DNA of 62,724 nucleotides, filler included, from Dugesia japonica (Eukaryota): NCBI GenBank assembly GCA_001938525.1. It is 5 parts of 5 records of this genome, joined end to end, with 100 filler letters (N's around TTAATTAATTAA, not from the genome) between each part and the next. Parts side by side here need not be neighbours in the genome. Positions count along the whole stretch, not along the records: positions 1 to 16,858 come from MQRL01589252.1; positions 16,959 to 25,574 come from MQRL01601485.1; positions 25,675 to 37,592 come from MQRL01480814.1; 2 more parts are not named here. The stretch is one strand, 5' to 3'. Under the pieces are notes generated by a model, which worked only from the letters and a program-made list of their open reading frames with translations, had not been told where the DNA came from and made no database searches. This document shows positions 12,656 to 26,626 of this stretch, in pieces. Made by a program: the position numbers and the translations under genes. Every line of letters begins with the position of its first letter. Position 1 is the first letter of the stretch.

Positions 12656-13891
12656 CAGGATGTTCAGTATAAAAGTTGACTCGAAATTACTTTTGGAAAA
12701 CATCAAACAAAAGGTTTATTACAAAGTTTATTACAAAAAAAAATGGTTAAATAGGTTAAAGTGATTCATTTTGTGACGTCTTATGTGACTTGTTGCAGAA
12801 TCCTGTTGAAACCAACAATTATTTTTCTCATAATCGTTTAGTTGAGCATAAAATTGATCGATGATGCCACAGTAGCGCTCTGAATTTATTGTTTCATGAA
12901 AGAAAATGGGGCCTATGATTCTCGTACGGCTANNNNNNNNNNATACACCAATTTTTAAAGGGTGCAATGGAGATTCGATATACTGGTGTGGATTTTCTGT
13001 ACTCCATATTCTAAAATCCTGAGAATTAATGTATCCAGAAAGGTGCAGCCAAGCTTCGTCAGTAAAAAAGATCGTATCCAGCTGGTTATTTTNNNNNNNN
13101 NNNNNNNNNNNNNNNNNNNNNNNNNNNNNNNNNNNNNNNNNNGTTATTTTCCACATTGGCTTTGAACCATTGGCAGTATCGAATTCGCTTGGCATGATCA
13201 GTGGGAATTAACTCATTAAGAAAAAATATTTTGTAAGGATGCATGTGAAGTCTGTTACTGACAACTTTGTAACAGCTCCCAACAGATAGTCCAGTTTCCA
13301 GGGACAATCGCCTGATGGATTTCTTTGGACTGTGCAACATTNNNNNNNNNNNNNNNNNNNNNNNNNNNNNNNNNNNNNNNNNNNNNNNNNNACTTGGTCT
13401 ACGATTGTGCTTCTGATTGATCACCGACCCAGTAGTCCTAAACTTATCAATCAGTTTACGTATGGTTTCTTTAGATGGAACTTGTGCAGTAGGAAACTGA
13501 TCAGCGAGATCCAATGAGCATGCATCGTAAGAATAAATCCATCTTTCATTTAAAATCTTCCAGAACGAAAATAGCTTTCGTCTACAAAGCTGCGTTGTGT
13601 TGTGGTAAGAACCATTATTCAACGGCAAAATCAGTTAATTGTCTAAAATTTACTANNNNNNNNNNNNNNNNNNNNNNNNNNNNNNNNNNNNNNNNNNNNN
13701 NNNNNTATTGACTATTTATTTGACTTTATTTTAATAAATATCACTAAATGTAATCCATTAAACATAAATAAGTATGCACTTATTAAACTTGATTAGTATT
13801 AAACATGATTTGTATTCACAAACTTACAACTACCAATTGAAACTTACAATGACATTAAAAATTTCGAGTCAACTTTTATACTGAACATTGG
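12656..13891 (-). mobile_element. Tc1/mariner-superfamily element (DUF4817-type HTH), internally deleted
   Basis: ~33-bp TIRs CAGGATGTTCAGTATAAAAGTTGACTCGAAATT with TA on both flanks. Transposase motifs PSKETIRKLIDKFRTTGSV, FTDEAWLHLSGYINSQ and WFQQDSATSH; the third catalytic acidic residue is missing. Confidence 0.92.
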
Positions 13892-16451
13892 TATTATTGG
13901 TATCTTGAAAGATTTCATTTGAATTCCATGAAATTCCGAAATCGATAGTAATCTACATGACATCGTCTTTCGTGAAAGTAATCGTTTGTTGCATATTAAA
14001 TTAATGAAAATTTATTTAATGTTTTTGCTTATATACTCGGTGTTTATACGTCTTTAATGTATAGTTTGTATTTATTTAGTGTATTGGTTGAAATTTAAGT
14101 TACTTTTGATTACTATCGTGTTTTGATTAGTATTTTTTTGTTTAAACATTATAATTGCAAAATAAGTGTAATGCAAATGCAATGAAACTGCAAGCTAAAC
14201 AAAGCATTTCCATGTTTCTGATTTGTTGAATTTAATTGGTAAGGTTGCGTAATATCAAATTTGTTTATAAAGTAATTCATTTTCCCCATTTAAATACGAT
14301 TTCAAAATGATTTTAAAAAATGGTGAAGAAATAACTGAACGTGATTAGGATTTATTTTTTTGTTTTTTATTATGGTTATCATTTACCTTTAGATCTTGCA
14401 AAGAGGATAGGAAGTGAAATGTTCCCCAAATGTGAAAGAAAATCAAAACTGTTGGAAGAAGACAAATATTAGAATTACTTTTTAAAATCAGAATACATCG
14501 ATAATGAAGATGTGGTATACTTTTTTCAATTTGAATTCGAATTGGCAACCATAAATGGAGATGATCCGTACCCATACACTCTAATGAAGAAAATTATTTA
14601 TCAGGAATTCCTGTGATTTTAATTTGTCGTTATATAAATTGAAATTTGTTATTAAATAAATATTAGTTTAAACAAAATTTTTCTTTTTTTAGTAGTGTAT
14701 CAAAAATATTTTGAAAAATAAATTTCATCTACTGTTTGTGTTCGGTGACTAAATTGTGTCATTGCAAACAACTTTTCGATATTAGTCCTTTAGTTAATGT
14801 ATAAGTTGTTTTTCAATTCTTTATAAAATTGTAGAAGAGTAAAATTAAACAAATTAAAGATGGTGGCTGTGTACTCTTTTTAAAATTAAAAACCTTTTAT
14901 AATTAAGTTTTATATACCATGCTGCATGTATATTTGCATGTCGTTCAAATTCAAGTTAGGCAAGATTTCATGTTTCTACTTGAATATGCATTCAAGAAAC
15001 CATATTCTTTTGTTACCATTTTTCATAGTTCATAAGAAATTCCTATCTAACGTTTTAATTTTCTATGCAACCATAAATTTTCATTGAAATTGGTAGTCAT
15101 TAGGAGGGTGGTTTCATGCTGACATTCTTTTTGCACCGAACTGAAGCTTTTTTTCGACACAAGTACTTTAGGTAATGTATAGGTAGTTTTTAATTTTAGA
15201 TTGAATAGTAAAAATTTCAAAACGATATCGTTCAAAATGGCGCACATTTTAAATTTAAATCTTTAATAATTTTTTATCACCCTAGCCGACTAAACCTTTT
15301 AAATGTATATCATTATGCCGCTTATTATTGGGCGTTTAATGGTATCAAATTTGATTTTAAAACAATGTAAATTGCGCACAGGAGAATCCAAAAACTGCGC
15401 AAAGGTAATAAAAACGGAAAGGTAATCAACTTTTTTATTACATAATCGATTATTTAATAAAGGAATTAAATTTTTAAATGCAATTTTAATGCGAAAGGTA
15501 ACAATTTAAGCTAAAAGTTCCTGAGACGTTCCTATGTTACTTTTTATTTTCTATCTAACCTGATATTTTCATCGAGATCGGTTGTCACCAAGGGGGTTGG
15601 TGTCATGCTGACATATCTGACTGCTAATGGTTTTTGAAAATGATTTTTTATAATAATAACCTGGTGACTGTTTCAGCGGATTCCTCTTTTGTGGGAAATG
15701 AGTCTGCCCACCTTGTAAAGTAATAATTTCGTTTTAGTTACGGTATTTTCTTTGTTACATATATTGCTCAAGCTTTACACCATTGTTTCACTTCCTCTTG
15801 AAGATATTTCAATACTTTTGAATTATTCAAGATACTGTTTTTTATATTTGAAAGATAATTAGATATGCGATTATCAAAAAGATTCTTAGATAGTACAAAT
15901 CTGTTACATTGTGAAATATATGTATCCGCAGGATTGGAATTTATTTTATTAGAGAATTTAAAATTTGCTGGGTAGGTTAATTTTACTTGTACAGTTAGGT
16001 TTCAAATTTGAAAGTTTTTCTCATTGGAATATGTTCAAAATTTATCTTATATAAATCGGGTTTCTTTCTTAAAATTAACTTTTGTTTGTTCTAAATTTTA
16101 ACTTTTTTTTCAAAATAATATTTTTCGGTGTATCAGAATATAATCGCGGATGTTGAACTAAGTTCATTGCTTCGGGTTCAGTAATAATTGACTAATATTG
16201 ATTCGACTATGATTTAGTGTGCATTTGTTATGTTTTAGATTTAATGAGTATTTTACGCAACAAAATAAAATTTTGTATTAATTTTCAATCGATATTCACA
16301 AAATAAATTTCAAATTAATTTTACAAAAAAATAATTTATTCAAATTTATTTTCACAAATTCAAACAAATATTTATNNNNNNNNNNNNNNNNNNNNNNNNN
16401 NNNNNNNNNNNNNNNNNNNNNNNNNNNNNNNNNNNNNNNNNNNNNNNNNNN

Positions 16452-16846
16452 ATTTCTTTTGGTTTTTTTATTAGATGGAACTGAATTGAATTATTTCTTT
16501 CTGTCGTTGGTTTATTCAATCTTGGATAATCTGGATAATCATCATATTTTATTGTTTTACTTGTATAAATCCCTCCATTCATCTGATTGATTATATCAAT
16601 TGTGATGTCATGCTTGAATGGCCAAAATAAATCTTTATCGAATTCTCCCCTCACCAAATGAAAATAAACACCAGCATAATCGTATTCGCCACCGATCCAC
16701 ACACTCAAACATATTTTATATCCATTATCATGTGAATAAAATGATTCACTGAAAATATATGTTTCTCGTTTTTGTTGAGATAAATTTTCAATTTTCCATT
16801 CAAATTTGCCAAAATTCATTTTTTCTTTTATCTCGATTATTTTCAT
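16452..16846 (-). CDS. TRAF-family MATH domain (partial, bounded by gaps)
   Basis: GKFEWKIENL...IFSESFYSHDNGYKICL...GVYFHLVRGEFDKDLFWPFKHDITIDIINQ is a canonical TRAF-C/MATH sequence. Confidence 0.88.
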
Positions 16847-16858
16847 TTGTAAATTATT

Positions 16859-16958
16859 NNNNNNNNNNNNNNNNNNNNNNNNNNNNNNNNNNNNNNNNNN
16901 NNTTAATTAATTAANNNNNNNNNNNNNNNNNNNNNNNNNNNNNNNNNNNNNNNNNNNN
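16859..16958. other. Artificial contig-joining linker (also centred at 25619-25630, 37637-37648 and 52023-52034)
   Basis: 44 N + TTAATTAATTAA (stops in all six frames) + 44 N = 100 nt, repeated four times. Confidence 0.95.
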
Positions 16959-17242
16959 TTATTATTATAATTAAAGGGAAAATTCATGAAAATGTGTATA
17001 ATAAATCGTACATTTTAAAAGAAGTAACTTTTAATAATAGTTATTATTATAATGTCATAAAAATATCAAAAATGATAGTTTAGTGCGTTTCCGTAATCTT
17101 CCCATTAACTAAACGCAGAATGGTAATTGATATCTAATAAATTTACGGAATAGAATTGAAGANNNNNNNNNNNNNNNNNNGAGAATTGGATACCAGTGCT
17201 GCCAATTTTGAAATATTAACTGAATGATATTGACGTTTAGGT

Positions 17243-19460
17243 CAGTGGCCTTCAACCTTTTTTAGCCTAACGCCCACTTTTGCTATATTTTCATCTATAA
17301 ATAAGTCTACCGCCAACCTAAACTTTACAAAACAAATTAAAATTCAAATATTGTTTTCTAAAAATACAGAATGCTACATGACTGATACAATAGTGTTAGA
17401 TATTTTAGAGTCAATGAGAGTTAATGAGGCGCTTAAATGCCAAAGACTTAATGTCTGGTTTCAAGTGGATGAAAACTAGTTTCAAATCACTTTTTTTAGC
17501 AATATGCAGATTGCTTCTTTGATTGCTTAGAAGATTAGTTACGGCACTGAATCTACACTCGATGACGCAAGATGTGGGAAATGCGAGAAATATGAGCAAT
17601 TTATTTTTTTCCAAAAGTTTGGATTGAAAGCTGATTTTCTTTGCCCTTCCAAATTTTGGTATGTCTACCTTTGATGTAAAAGACATGTACAACGTCATAA
17701 TTTTGCAATTTCAACAATTCTTCTTGAACTGCATTTTAAAATCCAGAAAATTTGCCTTTAATGGGTCAATCATCCATGTAGGTATTTACAACTCAATCAA
17801 ATCGCAAAAGCGCGCCGACATGTCAGTTTCCGAGGATTTTAGATGCTTTCCAAATTTTTCAATTTTATTAGTATTGATTTCTTCACTCACTGGCAACAGT
17901 ATTGAAAATTGATAAAATTCTCGCCCAAGTAAATTTTTCGGTACAATGCCCTCCTCTGAAATGATGTAACACTCGTCTTCTTAAAATCAATTAAGGTCAC
18001 AAGGTGTTCTTGAAGTTTTAAATTGATATCATTAAGCTTTTAAAATATTCCTGCAATGCAGAAGGCATCTTTCTTTGCAGCTTTTAATTCGTCCCAAAAG
18101 TTTATGTCACCATTTGAGTCAAATGATAGTAGTATACTTGTTTATAGCACGAATAATAGCTTCCAATGAAGAGTGCAGATTCTCACTTAGCTGCTACAAC
18201 ACAATAAATGGTAAATATGCTAAGAATTTCCGATAGCGGCAAACCACCACATGTGCACCATCAGTTGCGCAGGCAACAATGTTTTTAAAGGAAACATGTT
18301 TCACATCAAGAAATGTATTTCACATGCGCCATAAACAAAGCTTCATTACAAAGTAAGGTAAACACATTTATTGGCAATGAAACTTTAGTGGCTCGCAAGA
18401 TTGCAACTAGTTTCCTTNNNNNNNNNNNNNNNNNNNNNNNNNNNNNNNNNNNNNNNNNNNNNNNNNNATATCTACTGCCATTTTATTAATACGTCTTTAA
18501 ACATATGTGTCACTTAATGGTAAAGCTTTGAGCACCTTGGTTGAATCCTGGTGAATCACAGTTCTAATAATTTCTTTAATTGCTGATAAGATTAGTTTAC
18601 CTCACTTTGATATGAGTTTAAAAACATGATAGGATGCAAGTAGTCCATCAACTACTTTTGAATTACTTTTCNNAAATATTGTGGTAGTTGTTTGTCGTTT
18701 CTTGAATTGCTTATGTAGAATTTTAAATAATCCAATGGCTTATCATTTTTGTCTGAGTGCATCGAATTTAAATGTGCTTAATGGCGTTATAATTAAGAGC
18801 TTTAAAAAATCCATATGATTCTTCTTTGATGACATATTATTATTCAATCTTGATGACAATCCAATGAATAGTCCAATGAATACTGCCGACAACGCTTCTT
18901 CTTTGATGATATATTCTTATTCAATCTTNATGATAATCCAATGCAAATTAATCTATTTGTAAAGTATTTAAGTCAACAAGCAAGAACTATTCCTACATGT
19001 AGTGTGCTGTTGATACACGTGTTGCTGATAAAAGCAAAAGAAAAACTGTGCAAACTTTAAAATATGAGTTGCACTATCTACCAATTGCAAAATGAGTAAG
19101 TGAATGACTACTCTAGAACGCTGTATTGTAAGTTGTCTTAAATTAAAGTGAGTATGTGTTACCTGGATTATTAGTAATAGAACCTTTACAAGTGCGTGTG
19201 CATATACATATAGCACATGCTATTTACAGATGGGTACATATACTAGGACAACGCAGCTAAGTTGACTGGTTGTTGAATTTGGTGCTTTTTTATGTAAGTG
19301 AGTGTTTGTATGCAAGTACATATGTTAGTTACTAGTTACAGCTGGGTATAGGCTACAGATAAATTGTCAAAACGCTAATGCCCACATATACATAGAGCGC
19401 CTACACACTGCCAACTTTTTTCTAGCGCCCACTAAATATTTTCAAACGCCCACTAGTTAT
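17243..19460 (-). mobile_element. hAT (Buster/Charlie-like) transposon, degenerate
   Basis: Terminus CAGTGGCCTTCAACC preceded by GTTTAGGT (NNNTANNN). Transposase remnants: KKRCRQYS, CATDGA and AFPTSCVIECRFSAVTNLLSNQRSNL...LKPDIKSL. The far end is eroded. Confidence 0.85.
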
Positions 19461-20572
19461 TAAATTCTTTACATGGATATTTTATTCAATTACAATAAAA
19501 TTCTTAGCCATTATACGAAAAATAAAACAGAACAGCAAAATTATAATCTAACATATACAAATTAAACTCATGTTATAAATATAAAATTCAGCACAAAAAA
19601 AATTCCAACTCATGAATTAAAATTATAACCACTAATTAAAAATTGAAACATGTGAAATTAATTAAAATTATGATTAGCCACATTATTATAAATTATTAAT
19701 TTATTAAGTTTTAAAAATAATCAACCATTGTGAATTCTAAAATCAATGACAATTCAGATGGTATACCAATAATAATCATCTGAAAGGATACAATTAATAA
19801 CCATCAGAGAAGAAACCAATATTCTTTTGAGAGGTTAATAATAATACTCATTTGAGAGGTTACTTACATCCCTCGGTGAGAATATTGTTAGTGAGAAAAT
19901 CAATACATAAATTTAATTCATTGATTTAATTTGCTACGTTTTACTTAGTTATGAATTAAATAATTAAATTTAGGATGATTGATTAAATAATTAAATTTAA
20001 CTGATTACAATTTTAATGTTAGGAATTTTAATTTTTTCATATGAAAATTTAAAACTTTATGTGTTGACTTTGAATTTCAATGATCCTGGGAATGGACAGC
20101 NNNNNNNNNNGGAGAGCAATTAATATTAAGTATAAATCTTTTTCGGTTTATCCTATCAGACGTAAGTTTTGGCAGTTTTAGGTGATGATATTCTTAATCA
20201 TTATTAAATTATCCGTCAATTGATATATTATTCAATACATTTGAGATATTTTATATTTTTCATAATAATCAAATTTGAAACTATCAAAACAAAATTTCAA
20301 CCAACTTGAGTAAATCCTTTCATCATCACCAGTCAGTTTCGACAAAATTTGATCATTTTGAGCAATTATTTGATCAAGATCAACTAAATTCGACCATTTA
20401 TTGATGATACAAAATGCATGTCATGACTAACATTTAAACTCATACCTACAACAGGGGAGACCACTTACCGATTAAAAGCCTTTGCCTTAAATTAAAATAT
20501 GAACTGTTATTTAACTTATGTATTATTAGTCTTCGAAATAATATATAATTAAAGCACAAAAAATTCCCAAAT

Positions 20573-20669
20573 ATATATAGCTTTTGAAGAATCGGTTATG
20601 AAATAATGTCTGAGCACTAAAACCATACACACATTCAAACAGTCAATCACACATTCACTTATTATCACA
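20573..20669 (-). mobile_element. LTR-like repeat fragment just upstream of the LicD-family gene
   Basis: Matches 47368-47465, which lies next to a Gypsy PPT, and starts TGTGATAAT on the minus strand. Confidence 0.6.
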
Positions 20670-20715
20670 TTACTCATTTAGGATTTATAGAAAACTGCAA
20701 TTCTTTATTTCCTCT

Positions 20716-21647
20716 ATGTCAGCCTCAAAATTCAAAAAGAAAATTTTCGTTTATACAATTTCGATTTCAGCAATTGTCTTATTATTTAATTTATACCAAT
20801 CAATTAAGTTGCAACATTTAAAATTTGTTTACAAAGAGCATTTCAATGAGATTATGACTACTTTACAAAAACTGAAAACCCGTGATTTGTTAATGGTTTT
20901 CAAAAGACAACTAGAGCTGTATAATATAACATATTTATTATATGCCGGTTCACTACTTGGTGTACATCGACATCATGGGATAATCCCATGGGATGATGAT
21001 ATTGGTATATTACTTTATTCCTTTCGTTTTTTCATTTACTTTATTTAGACATGCTAGTAGATGGATCGAAGAAAGAGTTACTAAAAACAGCACTTACTGT
21101 TGACAACATATATTTCATATCTTTCTATGACGGTGATGAAACATGGAAATGGAAGTTCTATAATAGATTCGGAGAAGGATATCCGAACAAATCATTTCAT
21201 TATCCATACATCGATATGTTTTTCTATAAACCCTTTAATGATGTCGCATTCAAAGTGGAAATGACAAATAATTCTTTACTAAAGAAGAACTTATTTCCGT
21301 TGGTTTATAGAAGTTTTGAAGGATTTTCTTTACCGACTCCTTGTAATACCGAAGAAATTTTATATGAAGAATTCGGCGATGTAGATATTTGTGTCAGTCC
21401 GTCGTGGAATCATGTAAAAGAGGATCACATGCCAGAACGTCAAGGAATTTCCGCCAGTTGTCATTTATTAAAACGGTATCTACCGTTTACGGAAAGATTT
21501 ACTGAAATTATTGATGATAAATTTTACATTAAAGAAACACTTTTTATTAATAACAAGAATCTTCAAACCGTTGAATATTTTCGACCAATACTTTGTTCGG
21601 GACAAAATTCGTATTTTAACTCCAATCTTACTATCAAGCGTTTGTAA
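20716..21647 (+). CDS. LicD/fukutin-family phosphotransferase, 2 exons (20716-21004, 21049-21647), 295 aa
   Basis: N-terminal hydrophobic anchor. [26 protein letters not shown] is completed by splicing the 44-nt GT-AG intron 21005-21048. Also YPYIDMFFY, LFPL..RSFEG..LPTP and L...FG. Confidence 0.92.
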
Positions 21648-22599
21648 ATGTTTTCCGAGATTTTTTAAAATAAAAAGTAAAAACTTGAATTCTTTCGTAA
21701 GTTAAAAAGGTAAATTTGTTTTTAACTAGTAGTTGTTGTTAGAAAATCTTCAATTGATAATTTACTTTCCAAATTACAACTAATAATTTTAGAAATTATT
21801 TATTTCTTTATTAAAACCATTGCGTATCATTAAATCGTTGAATATCGAAAAAGCTATAGAATATTTTATACACCATTAATTAATGTACAAGTTTTAGTCA
21901 AAGAATGAAGACACGGCAGTATATTAAATTTTTTAACAATCAAACTGATTATTTGGTATCTAGAAAAATGAAGGAACATAGAAAGCAGAAGAGTAAGCAC
22001 ATGAGCAAACGAGTAGAAGGCAGAGAAGGAAGCAGAGGGGTGGACAGATAATGAAAAATGTATATTTTATGGAAAAGATACATGGCAACCCTTAATTATG
22101 CAATCGTTTTATAAATTATTAAATGATTTTCTGAATATTCTGTATCGTTTTCGATACTCAACGGTTTTAGGATACTCAATGGTTTTCTAAGTATTCTATA
22201 NNNNNNNNNNNNNNNNTATGGCTTTATGAGTTGTATACGGTTGTATTTGATAAACTATTTTCATTGGATAAGATAGGTTTAACTGATTTATTTTAGAGTT
22301 TCATAAAGAAATATGGCAAAGGAATACAAACTTGATTAACCCATCGAACAATTCCATTACTCATTTTTATATATAGCAAATTCTGATAAATAAATGTTAT
22401 TATCTTCAAAATACAATCAAATATTTAAGTAAATTAATTAATTTTCATTAAAATCCCAAAACGCTTAGAAAAAAACCAGGACAAAAATACCATAACAATC
22501 ATAATATGTTTCCGAGCCCCACTACTACGGGGAGGGGGAGTCCCTTCCAAAATGTTCCCATTTTAAAGTGGCGCCACGAGCTACTATCTATCAACTGAG

Positions 22600-23357
22600 T
22601 TACAGATTACTTTTCTGGACACTATAATCGAAAGGAAACCTGGTGAAATATTAACTACATAATAATATATGAAACCATTTCACAGTGGACATATATTACC
22701 TTGGAGTAGTAATAAAACCATCAGTCAAAAAATTGGTATAATTAAAGTTGAAAAAATTCGAGCTGAGAGACTATCTTCAAATGAAGAAATGAAATTGATT
22801 TCTCTCAAGTTGATAAAAAATAAATTTTTAAATAATGGCTACCCAAATAAAATTATATCGAAATATTTACCTTTGAATACAAAACAAAATAAAGTCAAAT
22901 TTAAAACCAACACAGTTATTAACTTACCTTTTATCAATGAAAAATGTAGACAAATCATGAAGAATATAATGAAAATTGCTAAACTCAAAAAAATCCAAGA
23001 ATTATTTTCAAAACGCAAGCACCTTTGGGCATCAAATTACAGAAACCAAGACAAAAAATTTGTGTTTTTTAATGCATTTGTGATGTAGAAATATATGCAA
23101 TAAGAAAAATGTCACTTATAAAATAACATGGACCATTTGTCAAGAAACATATACAGATAAAACAAGCAGAACCATCCGAACAAGAATTAAGAAACATTTG
23201 AAACAAAAAGAAAGTGAAGTATTCAAACACTTTCAACACAAACATAAAATTTCACCAGAACAACATCACATAACATAGAAAACACAAGGAACAGGCTACA
23301 TTTCTACAATGCATAGAAAAAAACACGAAGAATTATTATTAAAAGAAAACAATCGTA
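22600..23357 (+). mobile_element. Penelope-like element 3' fragment (RT thumb + GIY-YIG endonuclease)
   Basis: FLD...KPFHSGHILPWSSN...RAERLSS...FLNNGYP, followed by VTYKITWTICQETYTDKTSRTIRTRIKKH (degenerate GIY-YIG). Confidence 0.88.
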
Positions 23358-24300
23358 AGTAGAGCGAAAGTGGCAGTCAAAAACTGCATACATTTTGTAA
23401 GCCCCCACCCCACCAGATTAGTGATATAATGAAACATGATCCTAATGCGCTTAGTTGGGAATTTAAAAATTGCATCATAAATTGCATCATTAGGTAACTA
23501 TTACGTTGCGGTTTTTAAATTTCCCAATGATTTAAATGGGAAAACATTTTGCACACAAATTATGTCATCAGATTAATTTCATCGGTGAAATTTTATATAA
23601 TAGGATTAGCCTTTATTAAATTTTTCTAATGTATTTAGTTGAGAAATTTTTTTAGGCTTTTTAGGGTGGCAAGTGTTCTTGTATTTCCCTGTGTATTTAG
23701 TTGGGATAAATTTTAGGATTTTTTAAGTGGTAAGGTTTTTTTATTTCCATGTGGTTTTAGTTGGGAAATTTTTAGGCTTTTTAGTTGGGAATTTATTTGA
23801 TGAGGTCAAATGAGGTCAATTTTTTGATTGGTTTTAAGTGTTTTTTGTTCAAAGTTTCCTCGGTAAGGTCAAATAATGTCAATTTTTGGTTGATTCAGTT
23901 GAATATAGTCGCATATTTTCTCGGGAAGGGTTAATTTAGTTCAGGTTTGCGTGATTTGGTCAATTTTTGGTTGGTTAGGTCAATTATTTCCTCGGGATTG
24001 GTCAGTTTAGGTCAATTTTTGGTTTGTTCAGATTTCCACGGGATTGCTCAGTTTGAGTAATTTTTGGGTGAATTGGTCGAATTGCTTTTCCGGATTGGTA
24101 AGTTTTAGATGATTTGGTCAAATATGTCCTCAGGTTGGTCAGTTTGGGTAATTTTTGGATAATCTGGTCAATTCTTTACTCGGTTTAGGTAATATTGGTC
24201 AGATTTAGGAGAATTTGAATGATAATTTTCTTGGACTAGCCAGTTTAGTTTGAATTTTAGGAAATTCATGATAAAAGTCAAATTTGTTCAAATTTTCAAG
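23358..24300 (+). mobile_element. Copy of the non-autonomous TIR element family seen at 41226-42681
   Basis: Shares GATTAGTGAT.TAATGAAACAT, TTGCACACAAATTATG.CAT and the TTTCCTCGG...GGTCAATTTTT subrepeats with 41226-42000. Confidence 0.75.
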
Positions 24301-25512
24301 TTTTTAAAATTTTTTTATAGGAATCCGTGCTTACCGTTCATGTTGTTTAAATGACATGAAAATTTAAAATTTTTTAAATGAAAGTTTTATGGGAATCTGA
24401 GACCTCCCAAATCTTCGAAAAAATATGTTCTATATCTCAGATGTCATAGATTTTTATACACAACTGCTGAGAATTTTATGGCAATCATTTTACACAAATA
24501 AAAATATTTCCAAAATACTTTCCTTCTTAAATAGGTTAAGAAGGTGTTTTTTCGACAGAGAACTTTCCGCTGATTCTATTCTTTGATTATAAAATTTTGA
24601 AATGGTAATCCTAAATTTCCAAAGTATAATACTCTAGAAAATAAATGAAGTTTTATGGTGAAAAAACTCAAATTATGAACTTATACTCAATTTTCTCTGC
24701 ACACATTACTCGCATAGTTTCAAATTTAGTATTATTTTACTCAGTAGAAAAATTGACTGTACAAATTTAAGCTATCGTCTCGAGACAAATGCTTCCTGAT
24801 TAATATGTAAAACCGTCTTCCCGGAGTTGGTAACATTTTTCAAAAATATCAAAAGCAACACCAAAATTTATAACAAAACCATCTATTTGATATAGAATCT
24901 TTCGCTGATCAAGAGTAACATGGTTAAAAATCCCCAAACTTTATAGATAAAAAATTATATTGAAAAAACAAGTACTTAATTTAGGATTCCCCGAGGAACA
25001 TAAAATATGATAATTTATTTGATACGTCAATTTTTGTTAATTTTTTGGTAAAATTTGGACGATAATTATCTCTTCATTGATCTTTTCTCTCACTTCTTGG
25101 TTGCCTCACTGTTCCCTATCATTTAGTCCTCAGACCTCTGATCACTAGCGTGCAGTCATTAGAGCTCTGAATGCTGTGCACTGATCATGAAATATCAATG
25201 GTTTTCTCAGTCTTTTCTATCATTTACTGGCTTTTGTTTACTTCTATTTGATAGTATTCACCAGAAGTAAATGTACTGCTTAATTAATATTTAATTATTT
25301 AACCTGTTCTTTATTTTTATTTGTAATTTCGCAATTAAAATATAACCGTGTATTTTTAATAAATTGTTCTATTTTTATCGTAAAAATCTCATTAAAATTT
25401 TATTTATAATACGAATTTTTATTGAGATTGAATCAATGAAATTATTTAAAACTATTTATTGAAAATATTGCAAATAATATTGATTGAATAAATTAAAAAA
25501 AAATTAAAAAGT

Positions 25513-25549
25513 CAATTCCTGACGAAGACAAGGTCGAAATATCGAATTG
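25513..25549 (+). ncRNA. Minimal type I hammerhead ribozyme (Penelope-associated type)
   Basis: CAATTC-CTGACGA-A-GAC/AAG/GTC-GAAA-TA-TC-GAATTG. It has a 6-bp helix I, a 3-bp helix II, both conserved core boxes, a UC cleavage site after 25543, and palindromic ATAT in place of helix III. Confidence 0.8.
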
Positions 25550-25674
25550 TTATCCAATATCAATAAATTAAACCNNNNNNNNNNNNNNNNNNNNNNNNNN
25601 NNNNNNNNNNNNNNNNNNTTAATTAATTAANNNNNNNNNNNNNNNNNNNNNNNNNNNNNNNNNNNNNNNNNNNN

Positions 25675-25721
<47 letters not shown>

Positions 25722-26626
25722 TTCATTAAAATAAAAGCTTCAATCAAATTATTTTTGTTTTTGATAGTATTTACTATATTGCACTAAAAAGTAAAATATA
25801 TAGAAAATTGTACAGAAAATTTAATGATAAATAAAATTTTAAAACATCAAGTGTTATGATTAAAATTAAAAGTCTGAAAATGACTTCTTTGCTAACTTTT
25901 TAAAATCATAATAGCCATAAAATTTAGTTAAAAAAATGACTACAGTAAATAAAATCTTTAAATGTGAAAAAGAATTTGGTAACAGAAAATTGTTAAATCG
26001 ACAAAAAATGTAGATGTTATATATTAATGTATTATTCTTCGTTTTAATGATAATAAATGAATTTTTTAAATTATCCAGACGATAAACTTAATTTTAAGTT
26101 TTTTTTGCATAGTAAACTAAGAACAAATTTCATCAACTTTCATCAAGTTAATAATTACGAAATATTAACATATTAACTGTTTATTCGTTTTATGAAATAC
26201 CTGATAGTTTAAGTGTCATTGTTCAGTTCAAAAAAAGTATTCCGAACCACCAGTTTGATATTTAAAACGACCAGATAAATTTGAAGTTGTACTCAATACT
26301 ATTTTTGTTATATTTAATACGATTTATTATATCGGGTTGAATGCATTTTGTGACGTGCAAAATTTATTGCTCTGAATAGATTTTTTTACGTGTAATCATA
26401 TATTCCGGGAACCAGTTTTATCTTTTCGCAATTACAAAAATTGTTCTGTTGAATTTTCAGAAAGCTATTGATAAGATAAAGCTCAAATAAATGGTTAATT
26501 ATGATCTGAATTGATTTCTACCTCGAATAAAAACGTAGTATTTACTATAACAAAAATGTTATAATATTTAATTTAGGTTTGATGATAGAAAATTTAAATA
26601 TAAAGGAAGGAACTGACAAGACTGAC

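Noticed and set aside
14390-14610. Exon-like stretch after a TTTAG acceptor
   Set aside because: In-frame stops and no recognisable family.
16903-16914. Recurring palindrome TTAATTAATTAA (4 copies)
   Set aside because: Always centred in a 100-nt N-padded gap, so it is an assembly linker. It also means adjacency across these points is not guaranteed.
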